64,000 nt of DNA from Desulfuromonadales bacterium (GCA_033549025.1 JAWSUS010000002.1:250539-314538), one strand, 5' to 3'; counted from the stretch's first letter, positions 47,942 to 59,345 are shown. Translations and numbers: made by a program. The notes: generated from the sequence alone by a model not told the origin.

Positions 47942-48493
47942 TCACTCTTTAGACTCCGCGGCCTTCGCCTTTTCTTCGGCCGCCTTTTGGGTTTTGGCCC
48001 GAGCTTTCATCAGATCCTTGATCTTTAAGCGCAGGTCGTAGGCGTTGATAAGACTGCCATCGCGCTGCACCTTCATGTCGGGGTCGATGACCAGCACGCG
48101 GGGAATCAGGTAGACGTTGTAGGCCTTGAGGGCGGAGCCGTCATCGACGAGAGGCACATAGGGAAGGTTCTCGGACAGCGTTCCGACGTGATCTTTCACC
48201 ATGGCGGGCGAATCCTGCACGTAGACATCGATGATCTGCACGTTGTTTTCTTTGAGGAAATCGCGGCATTCGTTGAATTCCTGCATTTGCTGCTTGCAGG
48301 TAGGGCACCAGGTGGTGGCCAGTTTGAGGATGACAAACTGCCCTTTGTAATCGGAAAGGCGGACTTCTTTGCCATCAAGGTTTTTCAGTTTGAAATCGGG
48401 GGCGGGAGCGCCCACCTCAAGGGCCGAGGCCAAGGCGGGAGCAAAAAGCAGCAGGAGCAACAGGGGGAGGGCGGCGAACCAATGTTTTTTCAT
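47942..48493 (-). CDS. Exported TlpA/ResA-like thioredoxin-fold protein
   Basis: Signal peptide, GAPAPDFKL, TTWCPTC, IP cis-Pro. Confidence 0.85.
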   Translation of the reverse strand: MKKHWFAALPLLLLLLFAPALASALEVGAPAPDFKLKNLDGKEVRLSDYKGQFVILKLATTWCPTCKQQMQEFNECRDFLKENNVQIIDVYVQDSPAMVKDHVGTLSENLPYVPLVDDGSALKAYNVYLIPRVLVIDPDMKVQRDGSLINAYDLRLKIKDLMKARAKTQKAAEEKAKAAESKE

Positions 48494-48715
48494 CAATCTG
48501 TCTCCGCGTCGCTGAAGGAAAAAGGGGTTCACTGACGCCTCAGTCTATCAATCCAAATCGACAAGTCAAGAAAACCCGTTTTATTCTCCCTGTTTTAACT
48601 TTCGAGACTTCAGTATATTTTTATAAACATCAAAGTCAAGGCAAAAATAAACACAACGGCCAACATGCTGTTTTAGAAGCGTAATTTATATCCAAACATT
48701 GTTTTGTTTTTATTT

Positions 48716-49114
48716 TTACACTTCGCACAACTCTGTCAAAACGCCGCCAGTAGCCTTGGGATGCAGAAAGGCTATACGGGTGCCATGGGCGCCCCGGCGG
48801 GGTTTTTCATCGATGAGACGAACCCCCTGGGCGGCCAGATCGGCCAGAACCGCTTCGAGATGTTCGACCTGATAGGCGATGTGATGCACCCCTTCGCCAT
48901 TTTTCTCCAGAAACTTGGCCACGGGGGAATCTTCGCTGGTCGGCTCCAGCAGTTCGATGCGGCTTTCACCCACGGCCAGAAAGGCGACGCGCACTTTCTG
49001 CTCGGCCACCTCTTCGGTGCCCTCGAAGGCCATCCCCATGACATCACGATAGAGGGGGAGGGCGTTCTCCAGGCTTTTGACGGCAATACCGATGTGATTG
49101 ATCTTTTTGGTCAT
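48716..49114 (-). CDS. mce: Methylmalonyl-CoA epimerase
   Basis: HIGIAV, IELLEP, GVHHIAY, FLHPK..GVLTEL. Confidence 0.93.
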   Translation of the reverse strand: MTKKINHIGIAVKSLENALPLYRDVMGMAFEGTEEVAEQKVRVAFLAVGESRIELLEPTSEDSPVAKFLEKNGEGVHHIAYQVEHLEAVLADLAAQGVRLIDEKPRRGAHGTRIAFLHPKATGGVLTELCEV

Positions 49115-49183
49115 GATCGCTCCTGAAAAGACGAAAGCCAGAGAACCGGGGGCCGGCTTCTGGCTTTCGTGAATCGCGTTGAA

Positions 49184-50839
49184 TTAGAGAACCACGGTCT
49201 CCTGATGCTCGCCGAAGACCTCCCGCAGGGTGTTGCAGATTTCGCCGAGAGAGGCGTAAACCCGCACGGCCTCCAGAATGGGCGGCATGAGGTTGTCCTT
49301 CCCCTGAGCGGCAGCCTTGAGGGCGGCCAGTTTTTCGTCGACGGTCTTCTGGTCGCGGCCGGTCTTGACGGCGGCAATGGCCTTGAGCTGCGCGCGTTCA
49401 ACCTCGGGCTTGATCTTGAGCAGATCCTTGGGCGGGGCTTCCTTGACAGTGAACTGATTCACGCCGACGATGATCTGCTCTTTACTTTCAATGGAGCGCT
49501 GATAGGCGTAGGCGCTGTCCTGGATTTCTTTCTGCTGGAAGCCCCGATTGATAGCTTCGGCGGCGCCGCCGAGGTCGTCGATCTTCTGGATGTATTCGAG
49601 GGCCTTGGCTTCGATCTGGTCGGTAAGGCTCTCGACCAGGAAGGAGCCGGCCAGAGGATCGATGGAGTCGGCCACGCCCGACTCATAAGCGATGACCTGC
49701 TGGGTACGCAAGGCGATACGCACGGAATCTTCCGTCGGCAGGGCGAGGGCTTCATCACGACTGTTGGTGTGCAGCGACTGGGTGCCGCCGAGAACAGCGG
49801 CAAGGGCCTGGATGGTAACGCGCATGATGTTGTTGTCAGGCTGCTGGGCGGTAAGGGTGCAGCCGGCGGTCTGGGTGTGGAAGCGCAACATCTGGCTGCG
49901 GGGGTCCTTGGCGCCGAAACGCTCTTTCATGATCTTGGCCCAGATGCGGCGGGCGGCGCGAAACTTGGCCACCTCTTCGAGGAGGTTATTGTGGGCGTTG
50001 AAGAAGAAAGCCAGACGCGGGGCAAATTCATCGACATCGAGCCCGGCCTTGATGGCGGCCTCGACATAGGCGATGCCGTCAGCGAGGGTGAAGGCGACTT
50101 CCTGCACGGCGCTGGAGCCGGCCTCGCGGATATGGTAGCCCGAGATGGAGATGGTGTTCCACTTGGGTACATGGTCTTTGCAGTAGGCGAAGATGTCGGT
50201 GATGATACGCATCGACTCGCTGGGCGGATAGATGTAGGTGCCGCGCGCCATGTATTCCTTGAGGATGTCGTTCTGGATGGTCCCCATGATCTTGTCGGAA
50301 GAGACCCCCTGCTTTTCTGCCACGGCGATGTACATGGCCAGCAGCACGGCGGCGGAGGCGTTGATGGTCATGGAGGTAGAGACCTTGTCGAGAGGGATCT
50401 GGTCGAAAAGGATCTCCATGTCGGCCAGGGTGTCGATGGCGACCCCGACCTTGCCCACTTCGCCTTCGGCCATGGCGTCGTCGGAGTCGTAGCCCATCTG
50501 GGTGGGCAGGTCGAAAGCGACGGAGAGACCGGTCTGGCCGGCGCCGAGCAGGTAGCGATAGCGCTCGTTGGACTCTTTGGCGGTGCCGAAGCCGGCGTAC
50601 TGGCGCATAGTCCAGAAGCGCCCGCGATACATGGTGGGCTGCACGCCGCGGGTGAAGGGATATTCGCCGGGGAAGCCCAGCTTTTCTTCGTAATCCGGGA
50701 ATTCGAAGCCAGGGAGAAAGACCCGCTCCATGTCCAGGTCGGAGGTCGTGGAGAAATCCTCGCGGCGCTCCTTGGCCTTATCCATCACTTTTTTAAGGGT
50801 CGTTGCTTCCCAGTGTTTTTTCTGGTCCTGAATGCTCAT
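49184..50839 (-). CDS. Methylmalonyl-CoA mutase, substrate-binding subunit (split type)
   Basis: [40 protein letters not shown]; no DxHxxG B12-binding domain. Confidence 0.93.
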   Translation of the reverse strand: MSIQDQKKHWEATTLKKVMDKAKERREDFSTTSDLDMERVFLPGFEFPDYEEKLGFPGEYPFTRGVQPTMYRGRFWTMRQYAGFGTAKESNERYRYLLGAGQTGLSVAFDLPTQMGYDSDDAMAEGEVGKVGVAIDTLADMEILFDQIPLDKVSTSMTINASAAVLLAMYIAVAEKQGVSSDKIMGTIQNDILKEYMARGTYIYPPSESMRIITDIFAYCKDHVPKWNTISISGYHIREAGSSAVQEVAFTLADGIAYVEAAIKAGLDVDEFAPRLAFFFNAHNNLLEEVAKFRAARRIWAKIMKERFGAKDPRSQMLRFHTQTAGCTLTAQQPDNNIMRVTIQALAAVLGGTQSLHTNSRDEALALPTEDSVRIALRTQQVIAYESGVADSIDPLAGSFLVESLTDQIEAKALEYIQKIDDLGGAAEAINRGFQQKEIQDSAYAYQRSIESKEQIIVGVNQFTVKEAPPKDLLKIKPEVERAQLKAIAAVKTGRDQKTVDEKLAALKAAAQGKDNLMPPILEAVRVYASLGEICNTLREVFGEHQETVVL

Positions 50840-50928
50840 GCAAAGCTCCTTCAAAACAGAGAGTAAGATATCGGCTGCCGGGCCAAAGGCCGTGGCGGTC
50901 GACTCAGTCGGTCATAATATTAAGGGGT

Positions 50929-51495
50929 TCAGCGGGTCACCACGGCCAGCACCTCGACCTCCTGGCCGTCGAGAGAGAGCAGGCGGTGGCGAAGATCGGA
51001 GTCGAAGTAGATGGCGTCCCCTTCTTCAAGGATAAAGCGCTGGTCTTCGAGGATGACTTCGGCGGTGCCGCGCAGGATCAGCAGAAACTCCTCGCCCTCG
51101 TGATTGTAGAGGGTTTCCTCTTCGGCCCGCTCGGAGACGGTGAGGACAAAGGGCTCCATCTTCTTGTTCTGCTTGTGGAAAGACAGGGCCTCGTAGGTAT
51201 AGCCATGGCCCGTCCCCGCCTTGGAAATCACCCGGCTGATGACCCGCCTTTCGCCCCGGCGCACGACTTCGTACTTGCGGTCCTCTTCGTCATCTTCAAA
51301 GAAATGCCCCATTTTGACGTCGAAAAAGCGGGCGATCTTGGAGAGGGTGGCGATGGGGGGCGAGACGTTGTTGTTCTCGATCTGCGAGATCAGGGCGGGT
51401 GAAAACCCGGTTTCCCGAGCGACATCCTGCAGCGTAAGTTTGCGGGCTTTGCGCAACGCCTTGATCTTGGTGCCGATATTGAATTCGAGAGCCAT
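50929..51495 (-). CDS. XRE-HTH plus cupin transcriptional regulator
   Basis: ISQIENNNVSPPIATL, HEGEEF, GDAIYFDS..H. Confidence 0.92.
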   Translation of the reverse strand: MALEFNIGTKIKALRKARKLTLQDVARETGFSPALISQIENNNVSPPIATLSKIARFFDVKMGHFFEDDEEDRKYEVVRRGERRVISRVISKAGTGHGYTYEALSFHKQNKKMEPFVLTVSERAEEETLYNHEGEEFLLILRGTAEVILEDQRFILEEGDAIYFDSDLRHRLLSLDGQEVEVLAVVTR

Positions 51496-51785
51496 AAGCC
51501 ATCCAGCGAAAATAGAAAATGGTTTTATAAGGGTTTTTTCTTAGCGGAAAACCCCATGATTGTCAATGTAATTATTTATCGTCAGTAAATGCACTTTATC
51601 GAAAATAAAGGAAATTTAGCTGGCATTCCCCTGCGTCGAAATCACCCTGAGTGTCCGTTTTTTGTGCTGCCGCTCTTGCGACTCTCCCCGCACCTTTTAT
51701 ACTTTTTCAAAATGAAACAGTGAGAATCACGCACCGGCTGCCATTTGACCCATACCGTCATCTTTTTTGCCTGAGGGGGTTTGCC

Positions 51786-52151
51786 ATGACCGGACTTGAA
51801 CTGGCCAAAAAACTGGAACAGCACCCGGACAACCGTTACATCTTCATCCGCTGGTGGGGTGAAGACGCCGGACAGGATGAATACGAGACTCTGGAAGCCT
51901 TTATCGAAAACGCCTCGGCAGAGCAGCAGGTTGCCGGCTATGAGCTTCTCGATCTGGAAGGGATGTGGGACACTTTGAATCGCCTGCACCCCGATCAGGT
52001 CACACGGGAGAAACGCCTGAACGGAGAATTCATCGTCTGGGCCCACGATAGCGGCGCCGGTGAAATGGTCATCGAGGACTGTCCCTATACACCGGAAGCG
52101 CTAATGACCATCTTCAAGCTCGAACTGCTGCAGGAGCGCCCCCTGAGCTGA
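51786..52151 (+). CDS. Hypothetical protein
   Basis: GAGGGG RBS, acidic globular ORF. Confidence 0.65.
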   Translation: MTGLELAKKLEQHPDNRYIFIRWWGEDAGQDEYETLEAFIENASAEQQVAGYELLDLEGMWDTLNRLHPDQVTREKRLNGEFIVWAHDSGAGEMVIEDCPYTPEALMTIFKLELLQERPLS

Positions 52152-52238
52152 GCCGCCTTCATATAAAAACGCCCCGCCCGACAAAGGGCGAGGCGTCAGT
52201 TTTCAGGCTCCCCGACAACGGGGAGCCTTTTTTGTGGA

Positions 52239-55139
52239 TCAGAGGATCACTTTCAGATACTCGCTGGTGCGGGCCCGCTTTTCACGCTCGATCTCTTTGG
52301 GATCGACCTCGACGAATTTCTCGTCGGGAGTGATCTTGAACAGCGGCTGGCCTTTGGAGACGATGATGCCGTCGCCGCCGGAGATGATGATTTTGTCGAT
52401 GGTGCCCGAGAAGGGCGCCCGCACCGTGTTGAACATCTTCATGACTTCGATGATGTAGAGCGGCTGCCCCTTCTCGAAGTGCATTCCTTCCTCGACAAAG
52501 TGCGGCAGGCCCGGCGCTTCCTGGGCGTAATACATGCCGCCGCAGACCGCCACAATCTCGTCGGCCTTGGTCGCCGGTGGCGGCACCAGGACCTTCTTCA
52601 TGCGCGCCTGCAGGTCGGGGTCGGTGAGATGGTCGGGGATGGTGATCTCGAGGTCGTCCTCGACTTTCAGATCCCAGAACTTGGTGTTGAGGGCAACCAG
52701 GAAGACCATGCCGAGCAGTTCGAGCCCGGCTTCGTAGCCAAAGTGGGAGGCACGGATCTGCTCCCACATGTCGGCATCGAAACCGCCCTGCGGCTTGTCT
52801 TTCTGCAGCATCTCATTGAGCTGGAAGTAGTCTTCCTCGTGCAGACCGAAGGCCTCGTTGAGCTTGGCGTAGAAACGCACGGCTTTCTGCAGCAGCTCGT
52901 CGTCGTGGCTCCAGATCACTTCGGCCGCGGGGTCTTTCGGATTGTAGAGCTTGTTGAGGTAGTCGTAGGTCTCGCTGAGCACGACCACGGGATTGCGCAG
53001 CCAGATGACCTTGCCTTTTTCCAGACGGAAGTTCCGCTTGTTGAGGCTGAGCCAGCCCAAAAGCATGTGGGGATCGTCCAGCAGCTTCTCGATGGGGCGG
53101 GTCAGCAGCGTACCCTTGCGGTCGAGGAGCTCGGACATGTTCTTGAGTTCTTTGCCAAGCACCTCGGGCTGGTCGGCAAACTGCTCGGAGACCTGCTGGG
53201 CGTAGTGCTTTTTCATCTGCAGGAAGGCATAGACCGGGTCGAGCTTGTTGGCTTCTTCCTTCAGCATGCCGACGAGGGTGAGGTAAGGCACGACGAAACG
53301 GGTGGTCGGCTTGGCGTTGACCGTATTGCCGATGAACCAGTTGACCAAACCGTAGTGGAATTCGAGGTTGGTGGCCAGGTCGGTGCCGCGGATTTTGGTG
53401 TTGCGCAGCACCTTCGACAGGTGCTTGTAGCTCTCCAGACGATTCTCCCCCTTGGTCAGCAGCAGGGCGATGTTGGAGTCGTAGGCCCCGGCCACCCGGT
53501 ACTTCATGAACAGGCCGGTGTCGGGATTGAGGGCGCTGATGCCCTGGTCGTCGCGGATTTCGCCGTCGATGGGGCGCGACCAGTAGCGAATCATGCCGCC
53601 GGCGTGAGGAGACAGGGAGGCGTCCGTGGCGTTGAGACGGGCCTCGACGGCGGCGTTGAAGCGCACCACCCGCTCGGGCTTGGGCAGCCGCTTTTTGTGG
53701 CGGGCCATCAGCGCCATGGCTTCGACGAGGGATTCGACCATGAAATAGTCGCTCTTGTCGTCGGGGTTGGTGAACTTGAGGCTGTAGCAGAGTTCGGTCA
53801 CCCGGTGTTCCACCTGGATGCGGGTATTGACCTCCATGAAATAGTGGCGGTCGCGGTCGACGATGCACTCGAAGGTCGAAGCCGAATCGAGGCCGACGGC
53901 CTGGCCGAAGCGCTCGGCCTCTTCTTCCATACGCTTGAGCACGGTCAGGTCGGTCTCCAGTGCTTTGGCGGCTTTCTCTTCACCCGCCGCACGGGCTTCG
54001 GCGATACGGGTGGCCAGCCCTTCCTGGGTGACGGAGACTTCGAGCAGCTTCTGCTCGTGCATCTGCAGGGAGCAGTCGCGGCCGCCGAGGGCGATGCACC
54101 ACTCGCCGTTGCCCAGCAGCTGAATCTCGTTATGGCGGGTCTGCTCGATGTTCAGCTCAATGAGCACGTTCTTGTTGTCGCCAATGCCGTTGGCCTTGAC
54201 TTCGTTGAGGACTTCGCGCACCAGGGTCGGCGCCTGGGAGGCCTCCTGCTCGATGAGGGCGGCATTGATGTTCTTGGCCGTGAGCAGGGACGCCCCGAGG
54301 ATGCGCTGCCCTTTACCCCCACCGCCGCCGATAGCCTTGAGGCGCACGCGGCTTTTGGGGTACTTGCGGAACATCTCGGTTACTTCAAACTGTACCTGAG
54401 CGCAGAGCTCTTCGAGGGAGAAAAGGTCGATCCCCTTCTGATAGGAGGCATAGAGGATGTGATCGGCCAGCTCTTCAAGGGAAAGGTCCTTATTGTCGAG
54501 GACCGCCTTGTTGCAGTCGAGGCTTTCGGCGTCGACCAGGGCCAGCAGCTTCGCCCGGGTCGGGTGCTTTTTGACCAGGGTACGGGCGGTGACGTTGTCG
54601 ATGCCGGGGGTGACGCTGACGTTGACGCTGAGGGCGGTGCGCTTGGCCTCGTCCTTTTTGCCGGCATTGGCCTGGGTGGAGGCGCAGGGGCCGATAAAGT
54701 TCAGACCGGCTTTTTCGATAGCGGCGACGAATTCCTCATCCTCGGCCATGAAACCGTAGCCGGCAAAGATGGAATCGTAGCCGTTGTCTTTGGCGATGCG
54801 AATGATCTGATGGATACGCTCGACGCGCTCCTCTTTGCTCGCCCCCGAGTAATCGGGCACCCGGTGCACCCGGCGCGAATCGGTCAGTTGGCGGAGTTCC
54901 GGAGAGAGGGCATTGGGGTAGACAATGGAGTCCTTTTCCGAAAGCAGAATGCCGTAGTGGGTGATCCCCATTTCATCGTAGATGTCCATCGCCTCTTTAC
55001 GGATGGGACCCCGGCAGACGATGAGGGGCTTGAGATCCTCGCAGGAGAAGGAGCGCACCCACTCGGAAGCGGCCTTGCCCAGGCGGCGGTCTCGGTGAAT
55101 CAGGGGATTGTCGTTATAGTAATCTCTTTGTTGAGCCAT
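52239..55139 (-). CDS. Biotin carboxylase fused to biotin carboxyl carrier domain
   Basis: GYGFMAE, KAIGGGGGKG, RDCSLQ, MEVNTRIQVEH, EVMKM biotinylation motif. Confidence 0.93.
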   Translation of the reverse strand: MAQQRDYYNDNPLIHRDRRLGKAASEWVRSFSCEDLKPLIVCRGPIRKEAMDIYDEMGITHYGILLSEKDSIVYPNALSPELRQLTDSRRVHRVPDYSGASKEERVERIHQIIRIAKDNGYDSIFAGYGFMAEDEEFVAAIEKAGLNFIGPCASTQANAGKKDEAKRTALSVNVSVTPGIDNVTARTLVKKHPTRAKLLALVDAESLDCNKAVLDNKDLSLEELADHILYASYQKGIDLFSLEELCAQVQFEVTEMFRKYPKSRVRLKAIGGGGGKGQRILGASLLTAKNINAALIEQEASQAPTLVREVLNEVKANGIGDNKNVLIELNIEQTRHNEIQLLGNGEWCIALGGRDCSLQMHEQKLLEVSVTQEGLATRIAEARAAGEEKAAKALETDLTVLKRMEEEAERFGQAVGLDSASTFECIVDRDRHYFMEVNTRIQVEHRVTELCYSLKFTNPDDKSDYFMVESLVEAMALMARHKKRLPKPERVVRFNAAVEARLNATDASLSPHAGGMIRYWSRPIDGEIRDDQGISALNPDTGLFMKYRVAGAYDSNIALLLTKGENRLESYKHLSKVLRNTKIRGTDLATNLEFHYGLVNWFIGNTVNAKPTTRFVVPYLTLVGMLKEEANKLDPVYAFLQMKKHYAQQVSEQFADQPEVLGKELKNMSELLDRKGTLLTRPIEKLLDDPHMLLGWLSLNKRNFRLEKGKVIWLRNPVVVLSETYDYLNKLYNPKDPAAEVIWSHDDELLQKAVRFYAKLNEAFGLHEEDYFQLNEMLQKDKPQGGFDADMWEQIRASHFGYEAGLELLGMVFLVALNTKFWDLKVEDDLEITIPDHLTDPDLQARMKKVLVPPPATKADEIVAVCGGMYYAQEAPGLPHFVEEGMHFEKGQPLYIIEVMKMFNTVRAPFSGTIDKIIISGGDGIIVSKGQPLFKITPDEKFVEVDPKEIEREKRARTSEYLKVIL

Positions 55140-55187
55140 CGGTATATATCTCCAATCTGATTCCTTAGATAGGGTTCCGGTGAGGGC

Positions 55188-56912
55188 TTAATAAAACTCG
55201 CGCTGCACGCTCTGCATCGGGCCGGGCTTGTAGTGGCGCAGGAAGAAGTTGAGATTCTCCCCGAGCACCTTGCGCAGATCCGTCGGCATAACGATATTGG
55301 AGATGGAGCCGAGGCTCAGGGCCTCTTTCGGGTTCATCAGCTCTTTCTCGTAGCGCAGATTAAGCTCGGCCTCGGCGGCTTTGAGCCAGTCGGCTGCCTC
55401 TTTTTCGGCGTCCTTCTTGGCCACGTCGTCGCGCAGGCCGGCATCAAGGCGTTCCTGAATCCCTCTTTTGACCCGCTCGGCTATCGAACCGCGCAGCTTG
55501 CGCAGCTCGTCCTTGTAGACGAACTCCTTGCCGGCCGGGCCCATGACCGCCAGGCGGGTGGTGGGCAGGGCCAGCACCAGGTCGGCCCCCGTCGGGTAGT
55601 TGTTGTAGGAGGCGTAGGCGCCACCGAAGGCGTTGCGGATGATGAGCAGGATGCGCGGCGTGCGGATGTCGACGATGGAGTCGAGCATGGCGCGGCCGGC
55701 CTGCACGATGCCGCGGGATTCCTGCTCGCGGCCGGGGAGGAAGCCGGTGGTGTCTTCCATGAAGATGAGCGGAATATTGTAGATGTTGCAGAAACGGTTG
55801 AAGCGGGCGATCTTGTAGGCCGCGTCGCAGTCGATCTGACCGGAGTCGACGGCGCTGTTGTTGGCCACGAAGCCGACGACGTTGCCGCCGAGGCGACCGA
55901 AAGCGGTGATGACGTTGCGGGCCCGGTCCGGCTGCATCTCGAAATAATCCCCGTGATCGCAGATCTGCTGGATCATGAGGGACACGTCGAAGGGGGTATT
56001 GAAGCCGGTGGGCGAATTGAAGGTCTTTTTCAGCAGGGTGTTGATCTCCCAGGTCTTGCGGTCGAGGGGATCACTGGTTTCCTGAAAAGGCGCCATGACG
56101 CTGTTGTTGTCGGGCAGGTAGCTGAGCAGGCTGATGGCCGTGCGCAGGGCGGAGACTTCGTCCTCGACGGTGAGGTCGGCGACGCCTGACTTGCCGTGTA
56201 CCTGCGGGCCGCCCAGCTCTTCCGGGGTGATGTCTTCACCCAGCACCGACTTGACCACGCCGGGGCCGGTGAGACCGAAAAAGGTGTCGTTGGGCTGAAT
56301 GACAAAGCTGCCCTGCCGGGGCAGGTAGCTGCCGCCGCCGGCGTTGAAGCCGAACATGCACATGATGCTGGGCACGACGCCGCTGATCTTGCGCAGGGCG
56401 GTGAAGGCTTCGGCATAGCCGTCGAGGCCGCCGACGCCGGCGGGGACGTAGGCGCCGGCACTGTCGTTCATACCGATAAGGGGAATCCCCTTCTCGCCGG
56501 CCATCTGGAAGAGGCGGGCCAGCTTCTGGCCGTTGGTGGCGTCCATGGAACCGGCGCGCACGGTGAAATCGTGGCCGTAAAGAGCGACGTCGCGCCCCTT
56601 GATGTTGAGGATGCCGGTGACCAGCGAAGCCCCGTCGAGATTCTTGCCCCAGTTCTGGAACAGGATATTGGGATCTTTGTCGGTGAGCACGCGAATGCGC
56701 TCCCAGACCGTCATGCGCTTTTTAAAGTGCTGTTTTTCGATCTGGGCCACGCTGACCGATTTGATGGGACGCTGAATGAGGTCGTGTCCCTCTTTCATGG
56801 CCTCTTCGTAGCCACCAGCGACGCCGGCGATTTCGCCGGGAATAGTGAATTCGACTTTTTCCGGCGGATCAAATGGATTCTTCAGTGAAGGTTTAATCGC
56901 TTTTTTCGACAT
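55188..56912 (-). CDS. Acyl-CoA carboxylase carboxyltransferase subunit
   Basis: [35 protein letters not shown] 56912 after GAGG. Confidence 0.92.
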   Translation of the reverse strand: MSKKAIKPSLKNPFDPPEKVEFTIPGEIAGVAGGYEEAMKEGHDLIQRPIKSVSVAQIEKQHFKKRMTVWERIRVLTDKDPNILFQNWGKNLDGASLVTGILNIKGRDVALYGHDFTVRAGSMDATNGQKLARLFQMAGEKGIPLIGMNDSAGAYVPAGVGGLDGYAEAFTALRKISGVVPSIMCMFGFNAGGGSYLPRQGSFVIQPNDTFFGLTGPGVVKSVLGEDITPEELGGPQVHGKSGVADLTVEDEVSALRTAISLLSYLPDNNSVMAPFQETSDPLDRKTWEINTLLKKTFNSPTGFNTPFDVSLMIQQICDHGDYFEMQPDRARNVITAFGRLGGNVVGFVANNSAVDSGQIDCDAAYKIARFNRFCNIYNIPLIFMEDTTGFLPGREQESRGIVQAGRAMLDSIVDIRTPRILLIIRNAFGGAYASYNNYPTGADLVLALPTTRLAVMGPAGKEFVYKDELRKLRGSIAERVKRGIQERLDAGLRDDVAKKDAEKEAADWLKAAEAELNLRYEKELMNPKEALSLGSISNIVMPTDLRKVLGENLNFFLRHYKPGPMQSVQREFY

Positions 56913-57397
56913 TTCGGTTATCCCTCTGATTTGATAAGAACGATCTTTTCGGTACGCGTCACCCGGGCTAACCAGGGCTTCACGCACCAACCTATCCTGT
57001 CTTTGCGGCAAAAAAACAAAATTCCGCCGTACCGGAGAAGCCTCCGGGGCCGGGCGGTGATTTTTTCTTCAGCTCGAAAACCCGACCCCAGGGCAAGCCG
57101 CCGTCGAGTCTGGATTTTCGTCTAAAAATAAAAAGTAGTTTTATTTCCGCACCGATATAGCGAAAATGGCCGGAATTGTCAATAAAATAATTTATTGTCG
57201 GTAAAAAGATTTAACGCTAATAAATGTTAATTTCAGAGGAGTTAGCCCTTCGGGGCGGTCTTTCCTTCCACATGTATACGGCATCCTGTCTCCAAACTTT
57301 TGTTTTGTTCTCCATCAACTTTTGCAAAAGGGGAAGGTGAAGGGCAACCGATGACACCGAGGGGGCGATATTGACTTTTCCGCCGTGATCAACTACT

Positions 57398-58552
57398 TTG
57401 ACGGCTGGGCGCGACCACCGGATTGGCGCGCATCTCGCGTCCGCGCAATACTCCAGACAAGGCTCTCTTTTGACTCCTATGACGTTCAATCTGCCTATCG
57501 GGCTGCGGCTTTGGGAAAACGAATTCCACCGCGGCAAATCGCCCCTCCACCGGGGCTACTCCTTCTCGCCGCTGGAGGCCTCTTCGGACGCCTATCGCAT
57601 TACCGTCATGGCCGAAGCGGACCAGATCTCCCGCCTGTTCCACAGCATTGGCCGGCTCATTGGCCCCGAGGCCTTCCTCATCCTGGAATTTTATCCGCAC
57701 GAAATGGAGGCTCCCGGCGAAGAACCCGGCGGGCCGACCACTTTCTACAGTCCCTACCTGCCGACCGCCGACCTGCTGCAGGCCCTTGACCCCTACCTGC
57801 CTCGCCTGATTCACGATGGCTTTGTCGGTTTCGGTCTGGCCAACAACCGGGCCGGGCTCGAATTTTTCTATTCCGAAGAAAAGGTGCTGACCTGCTTTTC
57901 CGGCAACCACCTGCGCGTCATCGACCTGCTGAACCAGCACGGCCTGCCCCATCGCCCCGAGCTGCTAACCCCCGGCGATTTTGGCCACGACCATCTTTCA
58001 CTCCTCTGCCTTCCCGCCGAAGAGCTGCCCCCATTTCTGACCGAAATGGGTCAGGATGATCTCGACTACGTGCTCTTCTGTCAGGAAATCGTCGAGGCTC
58101 TCGACATGTATCCCGTGGAAGAGACCCTCAGCTTTTTTCTGTCCAAGAAGGAACAGGATGCCATCGAGGCCTGTCTGAGCCGCCACAGCGAATTCTCCGA
58201 GTTTGCCGAGGATGATTTCGGCAGTCTGCTGCTCGACTGGAACGACTTTGTCAGCGAGTGTGAGGCCGCCTTTGAAGGCGACCTCTGGGAATATCAGCAG
58301 GGACTCAAGCTGCGCGACATGATCCAGTATGTTATCGAGGGAACCCCGCCGTCGCTCGCGACCAAACTCAAGGAGATTCTGGCCGAACCGGATGCCCAGT
58401 TCCAACGCAACCTGATCGACCGCCGCAAGCGGCTCGACGCCCCCGGCGACATTCCGGTGCGGGAGGAACGCTTCTGGTACCAGGGCGTGGTTCGCAACCA
58501 GGGCGCCTATCTGCGTCGGGACCTCATCCGCTGCGGCTGGTTCAAACCCTGA
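57398..58552 (+). CDS. Conserved-looking hypothetical protein (start uncertain)
   Basis: Long ORF with host-like codon usage. Confidence 0.7.
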   Translation: MTAGRDHRIGAHLASAQYSRQGSLLTPMTFNLPIGLRLWENEFHRGKSPLHRGYSFSPLEASSDAYRITVMAEADQISRLFHSIGRLIGPEAFLILEFYPHEMEAPGEEPGGPTTFYSPYLPTADLLQALDPYLPRLIHDGFVGFGLANNRAGLEFFYSEEKVLTCFSGNHLRVIDLLNQHGLPHRPELLTPGDFGHDHLSLLCLPAEELPPFLTEMGQDDLDYVLFCQEIVEALDMYPVEETLSFFLSKKEQDAIEACLSRHSEFSEFAEDDFGSLLLDWNDFVSECEAAFEGDLWEYQQGLKLRDMIQYVIEGTPPSLATKLKEILAEPDAQFQRNLIDRRKRLDAPGDIPVREERFWYQGVVRNQGAYLRRDLIRCGWFKP

Positions 58553-58598
58553 TCGCCACCGCTCCTTCGCTCTTCATCCTTCCCCATGGGACGCGTAC

Positions 58599-59345
58599 AT
58601 GATTGCCCTGATCGCCGCCGTACCGCTTGAAACCGAGCTGCTGCGCCAGACTCTGTCGCCGTGGGAAGTGCGCCATTGCGCCGGCTACGACCTGTTCCAG
58701 GGCAGTTATGCGGGACGTTCCATCGGCCTGCTGCATTGCGGAGTCGGCAAGGTCAACGCGGCGGCGGCGGCCAAGGCGCTCATCACCGCCTGCACACCAA
58801 GCCTCATCCTCTCTTTTGGCTGCGGCGGTGCCTACCCCAGCGCCGGCCTGCACACGGGCGACCTCGCCCTGGCGACGGCCGAGATCTACGGGGATGAGGG
58901 CGTTTTGATCCCCGACGGTTTTTGCGATATGGAAGCCATCGGCTTTCCCCTGGCCCGACGGGGCGGGGAGGCTTTTTTTAACCGGTTTCCGCTGAAGACC
59001 GGCCTGATCGAGCACGCCGCTCCGCTGCTAACGGCGCTCAGCGACAACAGAAACTGCTGCTTTGCCTCAGGACCGTTCGTGACCGTCTCCACCTGTTCGG
59101 GGACTTTGGCGGCCGGACTGGCCATGGAAGAGCGCACCGGCGGGATCTGCGAAAACATGGAAGGGGCGGCTATCGCCCACGTCTGCCAACTGCATGACAC
59201 CCCTTTTCTGGAGGTGCGGGGCATCTCCAATCTCACCGAAGACCGAGATTTTTCTCGCTGGGATCTGCGTGGAGCTGCCGCCATCGCCCAGCAAGGGGTG
59301 CTGACCCTGCTGGAAAACCGGCCGGAAAGGGCTATCTCCGCATGA
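58599..59345 (+). CDS. mqnB: Futalosine hydrolase
   Basis: GVGKVNAA, GCGGAY, TVSTCSGT, ENMEGAA, RGISN; adjacent to mqnD. Confidence 0.88.
   Translation: MIALIAAVPLETELLRQTLSPWEVRHCAGYDLFQGSYAGRSIGLLHCGVGKVNAAAAAKALITACTPSLILSFGCGGAYPSAGLHTGDLALATAEIYGDEGVLIPDGFCDMEAIGFPLARRGGEAFFNRFPLKTGLIEHAAPLLTALSDNRNCCFASGPFVTVSTCSGTLAAGLAMEERTGGICENMEGAAIAHVCQLHDTPFLEVRGISNLTEDRDFSRWDLRGAAAIAQQGVLTLLENRPERAISA

Noticed and set aside
49184..50839. Truncated mutase pseudogene or isobutyryl-CoA mutase
   Set aside because: Split large and small subunit mutases are common, and the RQY tyrosine plus the ARG arginine indicate methylmalonyl-CoA specificity.
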